Numbered from the stretch's first letter, positions 18,845-28,711 are shown. The stretch is DNA of 64,000 nt from an uncultured Methylobacillus sp. (GCA_903824575.1 CAIJXJ010000164.1:303-64302); one strand, 5' to 3'. The notes: generated by a model not told the origin, from the letters alone. A program made the numbers and translations.

Positions 18845-19030
18845 TAGAGCGCAATAAGCAACGGGCATTACGCCGAATGATTCCCTGACGAATGCCAAGC
18901 AGGCTCTTGACTCCGGTCTTGCAAAATTCATTGATTGGGGAAACAGCAAAACAAATCTTGTAGGGCGCAATCGTTATTGCGCCGGAATCGTAACTTCCGG
19001 TGCAATGCGCATGCTTATTGGCACCCTACA
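18845..19030. repeat. three REP-like units (GTAGrGyGC..AAT...GC) downstream of lpdA, two of them forming a ~70-nt composite hairpin (18959-19030)
   Basis: U1 at 18845-18875 GTAGAGCGCAATAAGCAACGGGCATTACGCC. U2 at 18960-18983 GTAGGGCGCAATCGTTATTGCGCC. U3 (reverse) at 19000-19029 GTAGGGTGCCAATAAGCATGCGCATTGCACC. Central CCGGAA-N7-TTCCGG. Confidence 0.6.
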
Positions 19031-19076
19031 TTTCATCCAATTTGATTTCGCAGAGTCATCCTTACCGAGTCCCAAC

Positions 19077-20444
19077 ATGCTTTCACCAGAATTCCTCTCC
19101 GCCCTGCAATCTCTGCTCCCAGCGGATCGTTTATTCACCGATCCGGTGGATTGCTATGCCTATGCCTATGACAATTCACGCAATTTCCGCCCTCCTCTGG
19201 CGGTGGTTTTTCCACTGACTACAGAAGAAGTTCAGGCCATCGTCAAACTTTGCCATGAGCATCACATGCCGTTGGTGCCTCGCGGGCGTGGCACCGGCAC
19301 CGCCGGCGGCAGTGTGCCGGAGGCGGGTGGCATCGCGCTGTCGCTGGAACGCATGAATCGTATCATCAAGCTAGACCCGGACAATCGCATGGCGATTATC
19401 GAGCCTGGCGTGCTCAATCAGGATCTGCAGGAGGCCCTCAAACCGACAGGGTTTTTCTGGCCACCTGACCCTTCCAGCGCTCCCTATTGCACAGTCGGCG
19501 GCAATCTCGCTACCTGCGCCGCCGGGCCGCACGCGGTCAAATATGGCGTGGCACGCGACCACATTCTGGGGATGAAGGCCGTCACCGGCACCGGGGAACT
19601 GATACGGACCGGCTGCTACACTACCAAGGGTGTGGTGGGTTATGACCTGACAAGGCTGATCGTCGGCTCCGAAGGTACGCTGGCGGTGATCACTGAGGCT
19701 ACACTAAAACTCACCCCGCTGCCGCGCGCTACCGGCGGCATCACCGCACAATACCGCGACACCACTAGCTGCGCCCATGCCATCGCCGCCATCATGGCGC
19801 AACCTTTCATCCCGTCCGCGCTGGAGTTCCTCGACAACAACGCGCTCAATCTGATCCGCAACCGACACCCGGGCATGCTGCCAGAGGACATGCGCGCCCT
19901 GCTGATGATAGAGGTTGATGGGTCCAACAGTGAAGTGATCGAGGCGACAGAAGCCGTGCTCAAAGCCTGCCAGGTCGATGGTCTGATTGAAGCCAAGATC
20001 GCGAATGACACCCGTGCCTTGTGGGCGGCACGCAAGGCGCTATCCCCCCTGCTGCGCGATGTTGCGCCGAAGAAGATCAACGAAGATGTCGCGGTACCGG
20101 TATCACGCCTGCCGGAACTCCTCGGCGGTATCGAACAACTGGCGGCGCATCACCGCATCGCCAACGTCAATTTCGGCCACGCCGGCAACGGCAACATCCA
20201 TGTCAACCTGCTGGTCAACCCGGATGATCCCGAGGAAATGCAGCGTGCCAGCAGTTGTCTGGATGCGGTATTTTCGCTGGTGCTATCTCTCGACGGCACA
20301 CTGTCGGGTGAACATGGCGTAGGCATGGCCAAGCGGCCCTTCGTGCCACGCGAGATCGATGCCACCACCATTGCCCTGATGAAATCGGTCAAGCACGCTT
20401 TCGACCCAAACAATATCCTGAATCCAGGCAAGTTGTTTCCTTAA
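19077..20444 (+). CDS. FAD-linked oxidase, GlcD / D-lactate dehydrogenase family
   Basis: PCMH-type FAD-binding region (VPRGRGTGTAGGSVP) and C-terminal GTLSGEHGVG..K. Start taken at inner ATG 19077. No glcE/glcF follows. Confidence 0.8.
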   Translation: MLSPEFLSALQSLLPADRLFTDPVDCYAYAYDNSRNFRPPLAVVFPLTTEEVQAIVKLCHEHHMPLVPRGRGTGTAGGSVPEAGGIALSLERMNRIIKLDPDNRMAIIEPGVLNQDLQEALKPTGFFWPPDPSSAPYCTVGGNLATCAAGPHAVKYGVARDHILGMKAVTGTGELIRTGCYTTKGVVGYDLTRLIVGSEGTLAVITEATLKLTPLPRATGGITAQYRDTTSCAHAIAAIMAQPFIPSALEFLDNNALNLIRNRHPGMLPEDMRALLMIEVDGSNSEVIEATEAVLKACQVDGLIEAKIANDTRALWAARKALSPLLRDVAPKKINEDVAVPVSRLPELLGGIEQLAAHHRIANVNFGHAGNGNIHVNLLVNPDDPEEMQRASSCLDAVFSLVLSLDGTLSGEHGVGMAKRPFVPREIDATTIALMKSVKHAFDPNNILNPGKLFP

Positions 20445-20820
20445 ACCAATCTCAATCGAGCCTTCTGTAACCAGCGTCTGTTATCCTGCGAACATCAGAT
20501 GCTCGCGGTATGATGGGTGGCAGGAATTGTCGGCCACTTTGAGACACTGGGCTACAGCCATAACCACAACTCTGAACGTCAGGTTCAAGCCGGAAAGCTG
20601 GCAATCATTCGCACACACCTACCCTTCGCAGGGCCTTAAGTAGATATTTGGTGGCATTTTTGCTACCCTGCAGGCGGGCCAAGCTTGATGTACGCAGCAG
20701 AAGCAGTTCGTGCGTACGAGGAGTTCAGCGCCAATACAGTTGAAAAAATTGCGGCGTGAGATTAAGCTCATCCGACTAGTCATGGCCTGAACTTCGCATT
20801 AACCCAAGGAGTTGTCACCC

Positions 20821-21381
20821 ATGCAAACAGCCTCTAACAATCAGCAGGACATCGCTACGCTGGCCGGTGGCTGCTACTGGTGCCTAGAGGCCCCTCTGCG
20901 GCAACTAGCTGGCGTAGAGGAAGTCACTTCCGGCTTCATGGGTGGGCATATGGCGAATCCGGACTACAGCCAGGTGTGCAATGGTGACACCGGGCACGCC
21001 GAGGTGATCCGGATACAATTCGACCCGGCGGTGATTGGCTTCCCTGATCTGCTGGAAGTCTTCTTTGCGTTGCATGACCCGACCACCCTGAACCGGCAGG
21101 GCAATGACATCGGCACGCAATATCGTTCGGCCATTTTTTATCACTCAGAACAGCAGCGCCTGGAGGCCGGGCATTGCATCGTGCAACTGGCGGCGGAACA
21201 GGTCTGGCCCTCCGCAATCGTGACTGAAATCGTGCCGGCGCAGACTTTTTATCCGGCTGCGGATGCCCACCAGCATTATTTCGAGAACAATCCGTTCCAG
21301 CCTTATTGCCTGGCAGTGGTAGGGCCCAAGGTCACTAAACTGCACGCGAAGTTTGCCGACAGACTCAAGCGCGTCGACTGA
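20821..21381 (+). CDS. msrA: peptide-methionine (S)-S-oxide reductase MsrA
   Basis: GGCYWCLEA, GHAEVIRIQFDP and QGNDIGTQYRS motifs. AAGGAG Shine-Dalgarno 9 nt upstream of ATG 20821. Confidence 0.9.
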   Translation: MQTASNNQQDIATLAGGCYWCLEAPLRQLAGVEEVTSGFMGGHMANPDYSQVCNGDTGHAEVIRIQFDPAVIGFPDLLEVFFALHDPTTLNRQGNDIGTQYRSAIFYHSEQQRLEAGHCIVQLAAEQVWPSAIVTEIVPAQTFYPAADAHQHYFENNPFQPYCLAVVGPKVTKLHAKFADRLKRVD

Positions 21382-22441
21382 GCCACTGACGGCGCCAGAA
21401 GACCAATCCCATGAAAATTGCGATACTCGCCATCATGCCCATGGCGATCCAGAAGCCATCGGGATGCTGTAACAGCGGCATGACCCTGAAATTCATGCCG
21501 AAGATGCCGGCGATCAGGGTTGCCGGCATAAATAGCATGGCAACCACCGTCAGCGCGCGCACCTCCATGTTGACTCGGTTGCTGATGCTGGAGAGGTAAA
21601 TCTCCAGCATGCCGGCCAGAACATCACGCAAGGACTCCAGCGACTCAATGAAGTGTACGGTATGGTCGTAGACGTCACGCAGGTAAATTAAGGTGCCGGG
21701 CTGGAAATAGCCGCCATCGTTACGCGTCAAGGCATTAACCACTTCACGCAAAGGCCAGACGGCGCGGCGCAGCTCCATGGTCTCGCGCTTGAGTTTGTGG
21801 ATACTCTGCAGCACGGCAGCCGTCGGCTTCCTCAATAGTTCATCTTCCAGCGCCTCGCAATCATCGCCGATCTGTTCCAGTACGATGAAGTAGCGATCAA
21901 CGATGAGATCCAGCAGGGCGTAGGCAAGGTAATCGGCACCGGCACGGCGTATGGTGCCCTTGTCCGCGCGCAGACGCATCCGCACGGGATCGAAGGAGCC
22001 GGTGGGACGCTCCTGGAAGGTGAGTACAAAATTGTGGCCTAGAATAATACTGACCTGTTCCGAACTAATGGCCATTGCCAGGGGATCGAAGCTGAAGAAG
22101 CGCGTCACGAAAAACAGGTAGTGGTCGAAGCTGTCCAGTTTTGGACGCTGATCGGTATTGAGGATATCTTCCAGCGTCAGGGGGTGAAGATTGAACACGC
22201 GACCAATCTCGGCCATCAGTTCGGCATCCTGCAGGCCATGGACATTGAGCCACAAGGTGCCGACCTCCGGCACCTCCAGATTCAATTCACCCAGCGTTCT
22301 CGCCGCTTGTTCGCTAAGTCCGTTTTCATCAAAACGAAACAGGCTGACTTCGCTATGGGAAGTTCTGACTTCGCCGATATGGACCAGGGACCCTGGCGGC
22401 ATACCGACTTTCTTGAGACGGGAGCGGCGGGATTTCTTCAT
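21365..22441 (-). CDS. corA: magnesium/cobalt transporter CorA
   Basis: 358 aa with C-terminal TM pair and the GMNF motif (GIFGMNFRVMP). Its 3' end overlaps the msrA 3' end by 17 nt (convergent). Confidence 0.9.
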   Translation of the reverse strand: MKKSRRSRLKKVGMPPGSLVHIGEVRTSHSEVSLFRFDENGLSEQAARTLGELNLEVPEVGTLWLNVHGLQDAELMAEIGRVFNLHPLTLEDILNTDQRPKLDSFDHYLFFVTRFFSFDPLAMAISSEQVSIILGHNFVLTFQERPTGSFDPVRMRLRADKGTIRRAGADYLAYALLDLIVDRYFIVLEQIGDDCEALEDELLRKPTAAVLQSIHKLKRETMELRRAVWPLREVVNALTRNDGGYFQPGTLIYLRDVYDHTVHFIESLESLRDVLAGMLEIYLSSISNRVNMEVRALTVVAMLFMPATLIAGIFGMNFRVMPLLQHPDGFWIAMGMMASIAIFMGLVFWRRQWLSRRA

Positions 22442-22533
22442 GCGACAAGGGACCGCAGGAAATAGGCCATCTTCACGAACGGGGCGGGGTCAGGCAAACC
22501 AAAGGTGGAGCTGAAAGGGTAAAGAGTAATCAT
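22438..22533 (-). pseudogene. possible N-terminal remnant (31 codons) of a glutathione S-transferase-like gene
   Basis: MITLYPFSSTFGLPDPAPFVKMAYFL resembles the N-terminus of bacterial GST-N/metaxin-like proteins (MITLY..FGLPD.SPF..K). GAAGAGG lies 8 nt upstream. It ends in an ATGA overlap with the corA start. Confidence 0.3.
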
Positions 22534-22635
22534 GACTGCAGCCTCTTCATTTTTGACCTTGCATGATAACACCTGAACTTTCACCTGCCACAGGCGGACC
22601 ACCTGCGGGTTCAGGACTGCGGCAGCACGCATTTT

Positions 22636-23838
22636 TCATTCCGCCCTCAGCGCTTCAATCGGATCCAGTCGTGCCGCATGACGTGCCGGCAACACCCCCG
22701 CCAACAAACCGATGGTTGCCGCCATTATTTCTGCGGCTAGAGCGAAGTTCCAAGGCGTATGCACGGGTAATTCAGGAATAATCAGGCGCAATGCTTGCGC
22801 TAAACCTACCCCGAGCAACAATCCCATCAAGCCACCCAAGGCCGCAAGCAACACCGATTCCCCCAGAAACAGCCAGAGAATAGTCCCCTGGCGCGCGCCA
22901 AGAGCAACCATGAGACCAATTTCATGAGCGCGCTCGCTGACCGCGATGGTCATGATAGTCACGATGCCTACCCCGCCCACCAGCAGGGAAATACCGCCCA
23001 ATGCGCCTACCGCCATGGTCAAGACATTGAGAATACTGGATAAGGTCTTCAGCATGTCCTCCTGCGTCACGATGGTAAAGTCCTCGCGCCCGTGGCGCAG
23101 CTTGAGTCTTTCCCTGACGGCACTGGCCACCGTGGCGGATGACACCCCTTCCGCATAGCTGACGTGTATCTCCATCAATCCATCGCGATTATAGATTTCC
23201 AGTGCCCGCCCCGCCGGAATGAAGGCGGTATCATCCAGATCAATGCCAAGGAACTGTCCCTTGGGGGCCATCACGCCAATCACACGAAAATGCAGGCCGG
23301 CGATACGCACACGCGCTCCCAGCGGATTATCTTGACCAAACAGCTCCTGACGCAACTTGGAACCCAGCACGACGAAAGCACGGGCATTGGTCGCCGCATC
23401 CGGCGGCAGAAAATTTCCGATACGAACGCTGGAACTGAATACACGCTGGAAGTCGGCATCCACCCCATAGACGGTCGTGCGGCGCAAGCGGCCATTAGTT
23501 TCCACTTCGGAGTTCCCCCACACCACCGGGGTGGAACCCGTGACCTGTGGCAGCCTTTTCAGAGCGCCGGCATCTTCCATGGTCAATAGCCGAGCCGTCG
23601 TTGGAATACCGGACGGCGGCTGCCCGCCGGTCTTGACCTTACCGGGAGAGATGCCAATGACGTTAGTGCCGAACTGGCTGAATTCCGCCAGCACGTAGCG
23701 ATGCACGCCTTCACCGATAGAGGTGAGCAGGATGACCGCCGCGATGCCTACCGCGATGCCCAGCAACGTCAGGAAGCTGCGCAACCGATGCGAAGTGATG
23801 GCGTACAGAGCATATCGAACGGTATCGCTGATCAGCAT
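22636..23838 (-). CDS. ABC transporter permease, FtsX/MacB-type
   Basis: N-terminal TM, large periplasmic domain (MacB_PCD-like) and a C-terminal FtsX 3-TM bundle. Its start lies 1 nt after the upstream permease stop. Confidence 0.85.
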   Translation of the reverse strand: MLISDTVRYALYAITSHRLRSFLTLLGIAVGIAAVILLTSIGEGVHRYVLAEFSQFGTNVIGISPGKVKTGGQPPSGIPTTARLLTMEDAGALKRLPQVTGSTPVVWGNSEVETNGRLRRTTVYGVDADFQRVFSSSVRIGNFLPPDAATNARAFVVLGSKLRQELFGQDNPLGARVRIAGLHFRVIGVMAPKGQFLGIDLDDTAFIPAGRALEIYNRDGLMEIHVSYAEGVSSATVASAVRERLKLRHGREDFTIVTQEDMLKTLSSILNVLTMAVGALGGISLLVGGVGIVTIMTIAVSERAHEIGLMVALGARQGTILWLFLGESVLLAALGGLMGLLLGVGLAQALRLIIPELPVHTPWNFALAAEIMAATIGLLAGVLPARHAARLDPIEALRAE

Positions 23839-23839
23839 G

Positions 23840-25048
23840 TCATCTGTTCGACAAAGCCTGCACCGCATCCATCCGCGCCGCACGGTTGGCCGGCATCACG
23901 CCGAACACGAGGCCGGTGGCAAGCGCTGTGACAAACCCGGCCAGCACGGCCCAGTCGGGCGGATAGGCGGGGAAGGACGGGTAGAAATGCCGTAACAGGG
24001 CAGCGCCAAGATGACCAAAACCCAGGCCGGCGCAAGCCCCCAGCAGAGAGAGCAGGCCCGCTTCCAACAAAAAGGTGTTGCGGATGGTGGCAGCCCTTGC
24101 CCCCAGTGCCTTGAGCAGGCCGATTTCAGAGGTGCGCTGCGTCACGGAGACCAGCATCACATTCATCACCAGAATGCCAGCCACTGCCAGGCTGATGACG
24201 GCAATGCCGAATACCCCGAGCGTGAGCACGCGCAGAATTTTGTCGAAAGTCTGCAGCACGGCGTCCTGGGTGATGACGGTGACATCTTCCTCGCCATCGT
24301 GACGCTGGGTGATCATCTTCAAAACGCGTGTTTTGACCTGCCCAATCTGCTCGCGACTGCGCGCTTCGATCAGGATGCGGAACAGGGTATTGGTATTGAA
24401 CATGGCCTGGGCAGTTGCCACCGGCACGATCAGCAATTCGTCCGTGGTCATGCCCATGCCCTGGCCTCCGGCTGCCAGCACACCGACCACGCGCAGGCGC
24501 CGGTCTCCGATGCGTACTGTCTTGCCCAGAGGACTCTCTGAGCCGAATATTTCCTCTCTGATCAACGCGCCCAACACCACCTCGGCCGATCCATGTCCCA
24601 GTTCGTCGCGGGCCAATGGCCGCCCCAACGCCAACTTCAAATGACGCACCGCAATAAAATCGGTATTGGTGCCGACCAGCATAGCCTCACGCAGATGACC
24701 GCTCGCATTGATCTCACTGGTGCCAATGATAAGCGGCGCGATCCTGACAACACCGGGGACACGCAACAGAACGGCTGCGTCTTCGACGGTAAGGTCGCGC
24801 GGCGTACTGGTGACCAGATTGGCCGGGTTGAAGCCGCGAGTCTCCGAGCGCCCCGGCAAGACAATCACCAAATTACTACCAATGGCTGAAAACTCACCCA
24901 TGACAAACCGTCGCGCGCCGTCGCCTAGCGCCGTCAGCATCACAACTGCCGCCACGCCGATAGCCATAGACAGAATCAGGAGAGTGGTGCGTAACGGCGT
25001 GCCGAAGGCGGCGGCGCGGGCAAAGCGCAGAGAGTCGATCAAGCGCAT
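23840..25048 (-). CDS. ABC transporter permease, FtsX/MacB-type (second copy)
   Basis: Paralogous architecture to 22636-23838. Start taken at MRLIDSLRFARAA. Confidence 0.85.
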   Translation of the reverse strand: MRLIDSLRFARAAAFGTPLRTTLLILSMAIGVAAVVMLTALGDGARRFVMGEFSAIGSNLVIVLPGRSETRGFNPANLVTSTPRDLTVEDAAVLLRVPGVVRIAPLIIGTSEINASGHLREAMLVGTNTDFIAVRHLKLALGRPLARDELGHGSAEVVLGALIREEIFGSESPLGKTVRIGDRRLRVVGVLAAGGQGMGMTTDELLIVPVATAQAMFNTNTLFRILIEARSREQIGQVKTRVLKMITQRHDGEEDVTVITQDAVLQTFDKILRVLTLGVFGIAVISLAVAGILVMNVMLVSVTQRTSEIGLLKALGARAATIRNTFLLEAGLLSLLGACAGLGFGHLGAALLRHFYPSFPAYPPDWAVLAGFVTALATGLVFGVMPANRAARMDAVQALSNR

Positions 25049-25058
25049 GGCAGATTCG

Positions 25059-25745
25059 TCATCCGGGAAGTGCGCTATCGTGCACGATGGCGCCGTCTTC
25101 CATTGATAGTTGCCGTCTGGCTCTGCCACCAAGTACCTGATCATGTGTGACCATGACAAGAGTGACGCCTTCAGCATTGAGGCCCTCCAGCAGGCGAACA
25201 ACTTCTTCGCCAGTAGTGCGGTCCAGGTTGCCCGTCGGCTCGTCCGCCAGAATCACGGCCGGATGCATGACCGTGGCACGGGCGATAGCGACGCGTTGAC
25301 GCTGGCCGCCGGAGAGCTGATCCGGTCGATGCCGGGCACGCTCCGTCAGACCGTACTCTTCGAGCGCCTGCTGCACGCGCCGCTTACGCTCAACCGGCGC
25401 AATACCGGCCAATACCATGGGTAACTCTATATTGTCGTGCGCTGTGAGACGCGGCACCAAGTGAAAGCTTTGGAATACGAAGCCAATACGCTCGCTACGC
25501 ACACGGGCCTGCTCCTCAGGGCTCAGGGTGGTGACATCGCGACCTTCGAGGCGATAAGTGCCGGCATCCGGCCGATCCAGCAAACCCAACAGGTTGAGCA
25601 GGGTTGACTTGCCGGATCCTGATGGCCCCATGATGGCGACATATTCACCAGTCGCGATATTGAGGCTGATGCTGCGCAGGGCCTGAACTGTGCTATCACC
25701 CAATTGAAAGGTGCGTGCAATGTCAGCCAACTCGATCAGCGACAT
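25059..25745 (-). CDS. ABC transporter ATP-binding protein (MacB/LolD-like)
   Basis: Walker [13 protein letters not shown], signature LSGGQRQR, Walker [12 protein letters not shown]. Confidence 0.9.
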   Translation of the reverse strand: MSLIELADIARTFQLGDSTVQALRSISLNIATGEYVAIMGPSGSGKSTLLNLLGLLDRPDAGTYRLEGRDVTTLSPEEQARVRSERIGFVFQSFHLVPRLTAHDNIELPMVLAGIAPVERKRRVQQALEEYGLTERARHRPDQLSGGQRQRVAIARATVMHPAVILADEPTGNLDRTTGEEVVRLLEGLNAEGVTLVMVTHDQVLGGRARRQLSMEDGAIVHDSALPG

Positions 25746-25749
25746 GGAC

Positions 25750-26898
25750 TCACTTTCCTGCCGGCTTTATTTCCGGCGTCACTAATGCCCCGGCCTTCAC
25801 ACCTTCGCGCTCCAGCGACAACACGATGCGGTCCCCTGCCCCGAGGCCAGTCAAGACCTCGGTATATTCCCAGTTGGAGACACCCGTCTTGAGACGGACT
25901 TCCTCCAGCCTGCCGGTGGCCGGCTGATAGCGCAGCACTCGCCCGCCATCAAGCAAGGCCGATGTCGGCACGCGCAACACGTTATCACGACGCTCAAGCA
26001 CGATTTCAATATCAGCGCTGAAACCGACCAGCATCTGATGGATATCCTCGGGCCGGTCAAAACTGGTTTCCACATCCACCGTACGCGCCTGTTTTTCCAC
26101 CGCCATCACATACGGTGCCACACGCCGCACATGCGCCGGGAATGTCTGACCCGGGAAGGCATCAAGCGTGATACGTGCGACCTGACCAACGCGCATCCTG
26201 GGGGCATCCACTTCATCCATCGGCGCCTTGACGTAGAGGCAAGTTGGATCAATCAAATCAATCGCCGGCGGCATCAAAACACCAGGTGGCGAGGGCGTGG
26301 CGTATTCGCCCAACTCGCCAGTAATCTCGGCAATAATGCCATCGAACGGCGCAGTCAGGACAGTGCGGTCCTGCTCGATACGGCTCAGGCGTGCTTGGGC
26401 ACCCGCGTGATCAACCTCAGAACGTGCGGTGGCGCAGGCGGCCTGACGCGACTCGGCATCGGCGCGAGCCTTCTCCTCTGCGCCTTCTGAGACGAAACCG
26501 CGCTGCCTCAGGCGCGCCGTACGTTCCGCATCGCGCCGGGCGTTGTCGGCCAGCGTGCAAATTTCACCGACATGGCGTCCCGCCGTATCTACCTGTTTTT
26601 CCGCTACGCGACTTTGCGCCAACTGGTCTTCATTCCACAAGCGCATCAGCACCTGACCTTTTTTTACATGATCCCCTTCCTTCACGCCAAGATAGGCGAT
26701 TCGGCCACCGATGATGGGCGAGAGCTTGGTGCGCTGACAGGCCTCTACCGTGCCGGCACGGGTGTTGGCAATGCTGGATTCCACCCGGCCACGACCGACC
26801 GTCGCCAGTGCCACGGGAAGTAGCGACGGCCGGCTGTACCACCAGAATGCCATGGTGGCAGCGACAATTATTAACAGAGTGATGAAAATGCGGCGCAT
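25750..26898 (-). CDS. efflux periplasmic adaptor (membrane fusion protein, HlyD/MacA family)
   Basis: N-terminal TM, lipoyl-like half motifs, a coiled-coil hairpin segment and beta-barrel domains. First gene of the ABC exporter operon. Confidence 0.85.
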   Translation of the reverse strand: MRRIFITLLIIVAATMAFWWYSRPSLLPVALATVGRGRVESSIANTRAGTVEACQRTKLSPIIGGRIAYLGVKEGDHVKKGQVLMRLWNEDQLAQSRVAEKQVDTAGRHVGEICTLADNARRDAERTARLRQRGFVSEGAEEKARADAESRQAACATARSEVDHAGAQARLSRIEQDRTVLTAPFDGIIAEITGELGEYATPSPPGVLMPPAIDLIDPTCLYVKAPMDEVDAPRMRVGQVARITLDAFPGQTFPAHVRRVAPYVMAVEKQARTVDVETSFDRPEDIHQMLVGFSADIEIVLERRDNVLRVPTSALLDGGRVLRYQPATGRLEEVRLKTGVSNWEYTEVLTGLGAGDRIVLSLEREGVKAGALVTPEIKPAGK

Positions 26899-26953
26899 GA
26901 ATGAACCTTGAAATAGAAGCGCTTAGGAGCGTAATACAGTGAATAACTTTCGT

Positions 26954-27610
26954 CTATGACATGGCCTGAGCGAGAGTCTCGACCGTCTGGATCTGATGCT
27001 CATCACAGTATGCCTGCCATCCCACCACGTCAGTCCAGCCATGCACGAAGACGAAATCAAGGCCCGCACCAGTGGCAGCCTGATGATCGTAGCGGCTGTC
27101 GCCAAAAAACAGGGCGGGCAGGCTCAAATTCCCATTATCCAGTTCACGTCGCAAGATATCGTCTTTGCTGTCAGGGCTGCCAAAGATACCTCCATCAAAC
27201 CAGGCTGCGATATTGCGCGTGGCGAACACGCTGCGCAATTCCTGCTGATCAGCCCCGGAAACCAGCATCCACCGAACTCCCGGGGTGGCCTGGCGCAACA
27301 CCTCCAACTTCGGCGCAATAGTGCAACTGAGCAGGCCGAGGGTGGCTTCGAGGGTAAAGGCTTGCAGCAATGCAGTCATGGCCTCCGTTGTCACCGGCAC
27401 GCCAACCATGTCGCGCAGTAACACTTCAAACTTCACATAGCGGGAAACTCCTCCATGCAGAATATGATAGGTTTCAAGTGCTTCCGCATACTGTTTGCCA
27501 TAAGGCAGCGCCGCATTGTAGAAGGCGCGGGCACGCACGGCGTTAGAATCGAGGATGACGCCATCGCAATCGAATACCAGCGTATGGTAGGTGTTAAGGT
27601 TCACAGGCAT
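26954..27610 (-). CDS. HAD-superfamily hydrolase (phosphoglycolate phosphatase-like)
   Basis: LVFDCDGVILDSN is the DxDx(T/V) motif I, and FFGDSRYDHQAA is motif IV-like. Confidence 0.7.
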   Translation of the reverse strand: MPVNLNTYHTLVFDCDGVILDSNAVRARAFYNAALPYGKQYAEALETYHILHGGVSRYVKFEVLLRDMVGVPVTTEAMTALLQAFTLEATLGLLSCTIAPKLEVLRQATPGVRWMLVSGADQQELRSVFATRNIAAWFDGGIFGSPDSKDDILRRELDNGNLSLPALFFGDSRYDHQAATGAGLDFVFVHGWTDVVGWQAYCDEHQIQTVETLAQAMS

Positions 27611-27784
27611 CGGTGTTCCTGGGTTAAGTGTTGGCTCAATGATGATACAGCTTGGCTCCATGCTTGGGTATCGTCGTTCAAACTAATTTCGAGACAAAAT
27701 AACAATGATAAAGAACTTTGCTAAAGAAATAACGTAATATGCCGATTATAAAGAAATATCTAATAATCCAAAGGGGTTGAAACA

Positions 27785-28711
27785 TTGTTAGATCCGGAAA
27801 AAAATCAAGCTCCTGAGGCGGAACCACCCCTGATCAAGCCCAGTCTTCTGGTGCTGATTACAACTAAGGGCCGCCATGTGGCAAGTGCGATATTTGGTTT
27901 TCTGCCTGAGCTTGGTTTGCTGCTATTCATGCTGAGCATGCCCGTAATCATCGTGGCCTACCCGGCCTGGCGCATCGCCGACCGGCTGGTTGAATATTCC
28001 ACCGCACACACTCTAGACGTGAAACTGACCGGCATTGAAGTCAATGTCATAGATATTGGTCAGGATCAGACATCCGCTTTCGAAGCCCGGAAACACTTCA
28101 ATATCGCGTTTGCTTTTGAAGATCCACAGAAACATAAATATGAATCCAGAATAGAAATGGCGTGGCCATCGCCTGGCCTGAAAGGAAAACTGGAGAATCA
28201 ATACCAGATCGGCGACAACCACACGCTCTATTTGCTGGCTGATCAATCCATTGTGATGGAAGAAGTTGTGGCCAAGGATTCGTTCTACCGGTTAACGGCA
28301 TTGATGGGCCTGGCCTTCATCGCCTCGGCGCTAATGTACCTGATGTGGAAACGTCTCAAGCACCGCATGCCAGCCAACATGCCAAGATTCCCGGTCGCCA
28401 CCGAGCATAGCATCATGCTGGCTCAGTTCATCGCCCTGATTGTGGCGGGCCTGTGGGCCGGGCTGATGACCGTGAGTCCGCTGGTGATTCAAGCCTGGCT
28501 ATTTCTGGCGGCGTACTGGGGAATTGTCTTGCTGCTCAGCCTGTCACTGCGACTGCTGGTATTCAGCGATCCTGAACCCTCGGCCGAGTCCCTGGATCAG
28601 GTGGCCGGCAACAGGCGAGACGGCGTCCCCGACAGAAGACTCTCCGGCTCTAATAATGTACCGGTTGGCGATGACAAAAGAAAAGCCGACCGTGATCGAA
28701 GAAAGACCTGA
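27785..28711 (+). CDS. hypothetical membrane protein
   Basis: 308-aa ORF with a TTG start. The real start may be the internal MLSMPVIIVAY. One or two N-terminal TMs, a soluble beta-rich segment of about 110 aa, then 3-4 TMs and a highly charged tail (DDKRKADRDRRKT). AT-rich upstream region. Confidence 0.5.
   Translation: MLDPEKNQAPEAEPPLIKPSLLVLITTKGRHVASAIFGFLPELGLLLFMLSMPVIIVAYPAWRIADRLVEYSTAHTLDVKLTGIEVNVIDIGQDQTSAFEARKHFNIAFAFEDPQKHKYESRIEMAWPSPGLKGKLENQYQIGDNHTLYLLADQSIVMEEVVAKDSFYRLTALMGLAFIASALMYLMWKRLKHRMPANMPRFPVATEHSIMLAQFIALIVAGLWAGLMTVSPLVIQAWLFLAAYWGIVLLLSLSLRLLVFSDPEPSAESLDQVAGNRRDGVPDRRLSGSNNVPVGDDKRKADRDRRKT

Noticed and set aside
21365-21381. A 17-nt convergent overlap of the msrA and corA 3' ends, and a 4-nt overlap of flgN and hpt at 34124-34127, as possible antisense regulation.
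   Set aside because: Short convergent 3' overlaps are common in compact genomes. Nothing else in the sequence, such as hairpins or conserved blocks, points to a specific mechanism.
22611-22620. Isolated single copies of the heptamer unit (TCAGGACTG at 22611, CAGGACTGG at 15063, CAGTCCTG at 5050, CAGGACTGC at 38108).
   Set aside because: Single 7-8-mers are expected by chance in 64 kb. Only tandem arrays of at least 3 units were counted as part of the repeat family.
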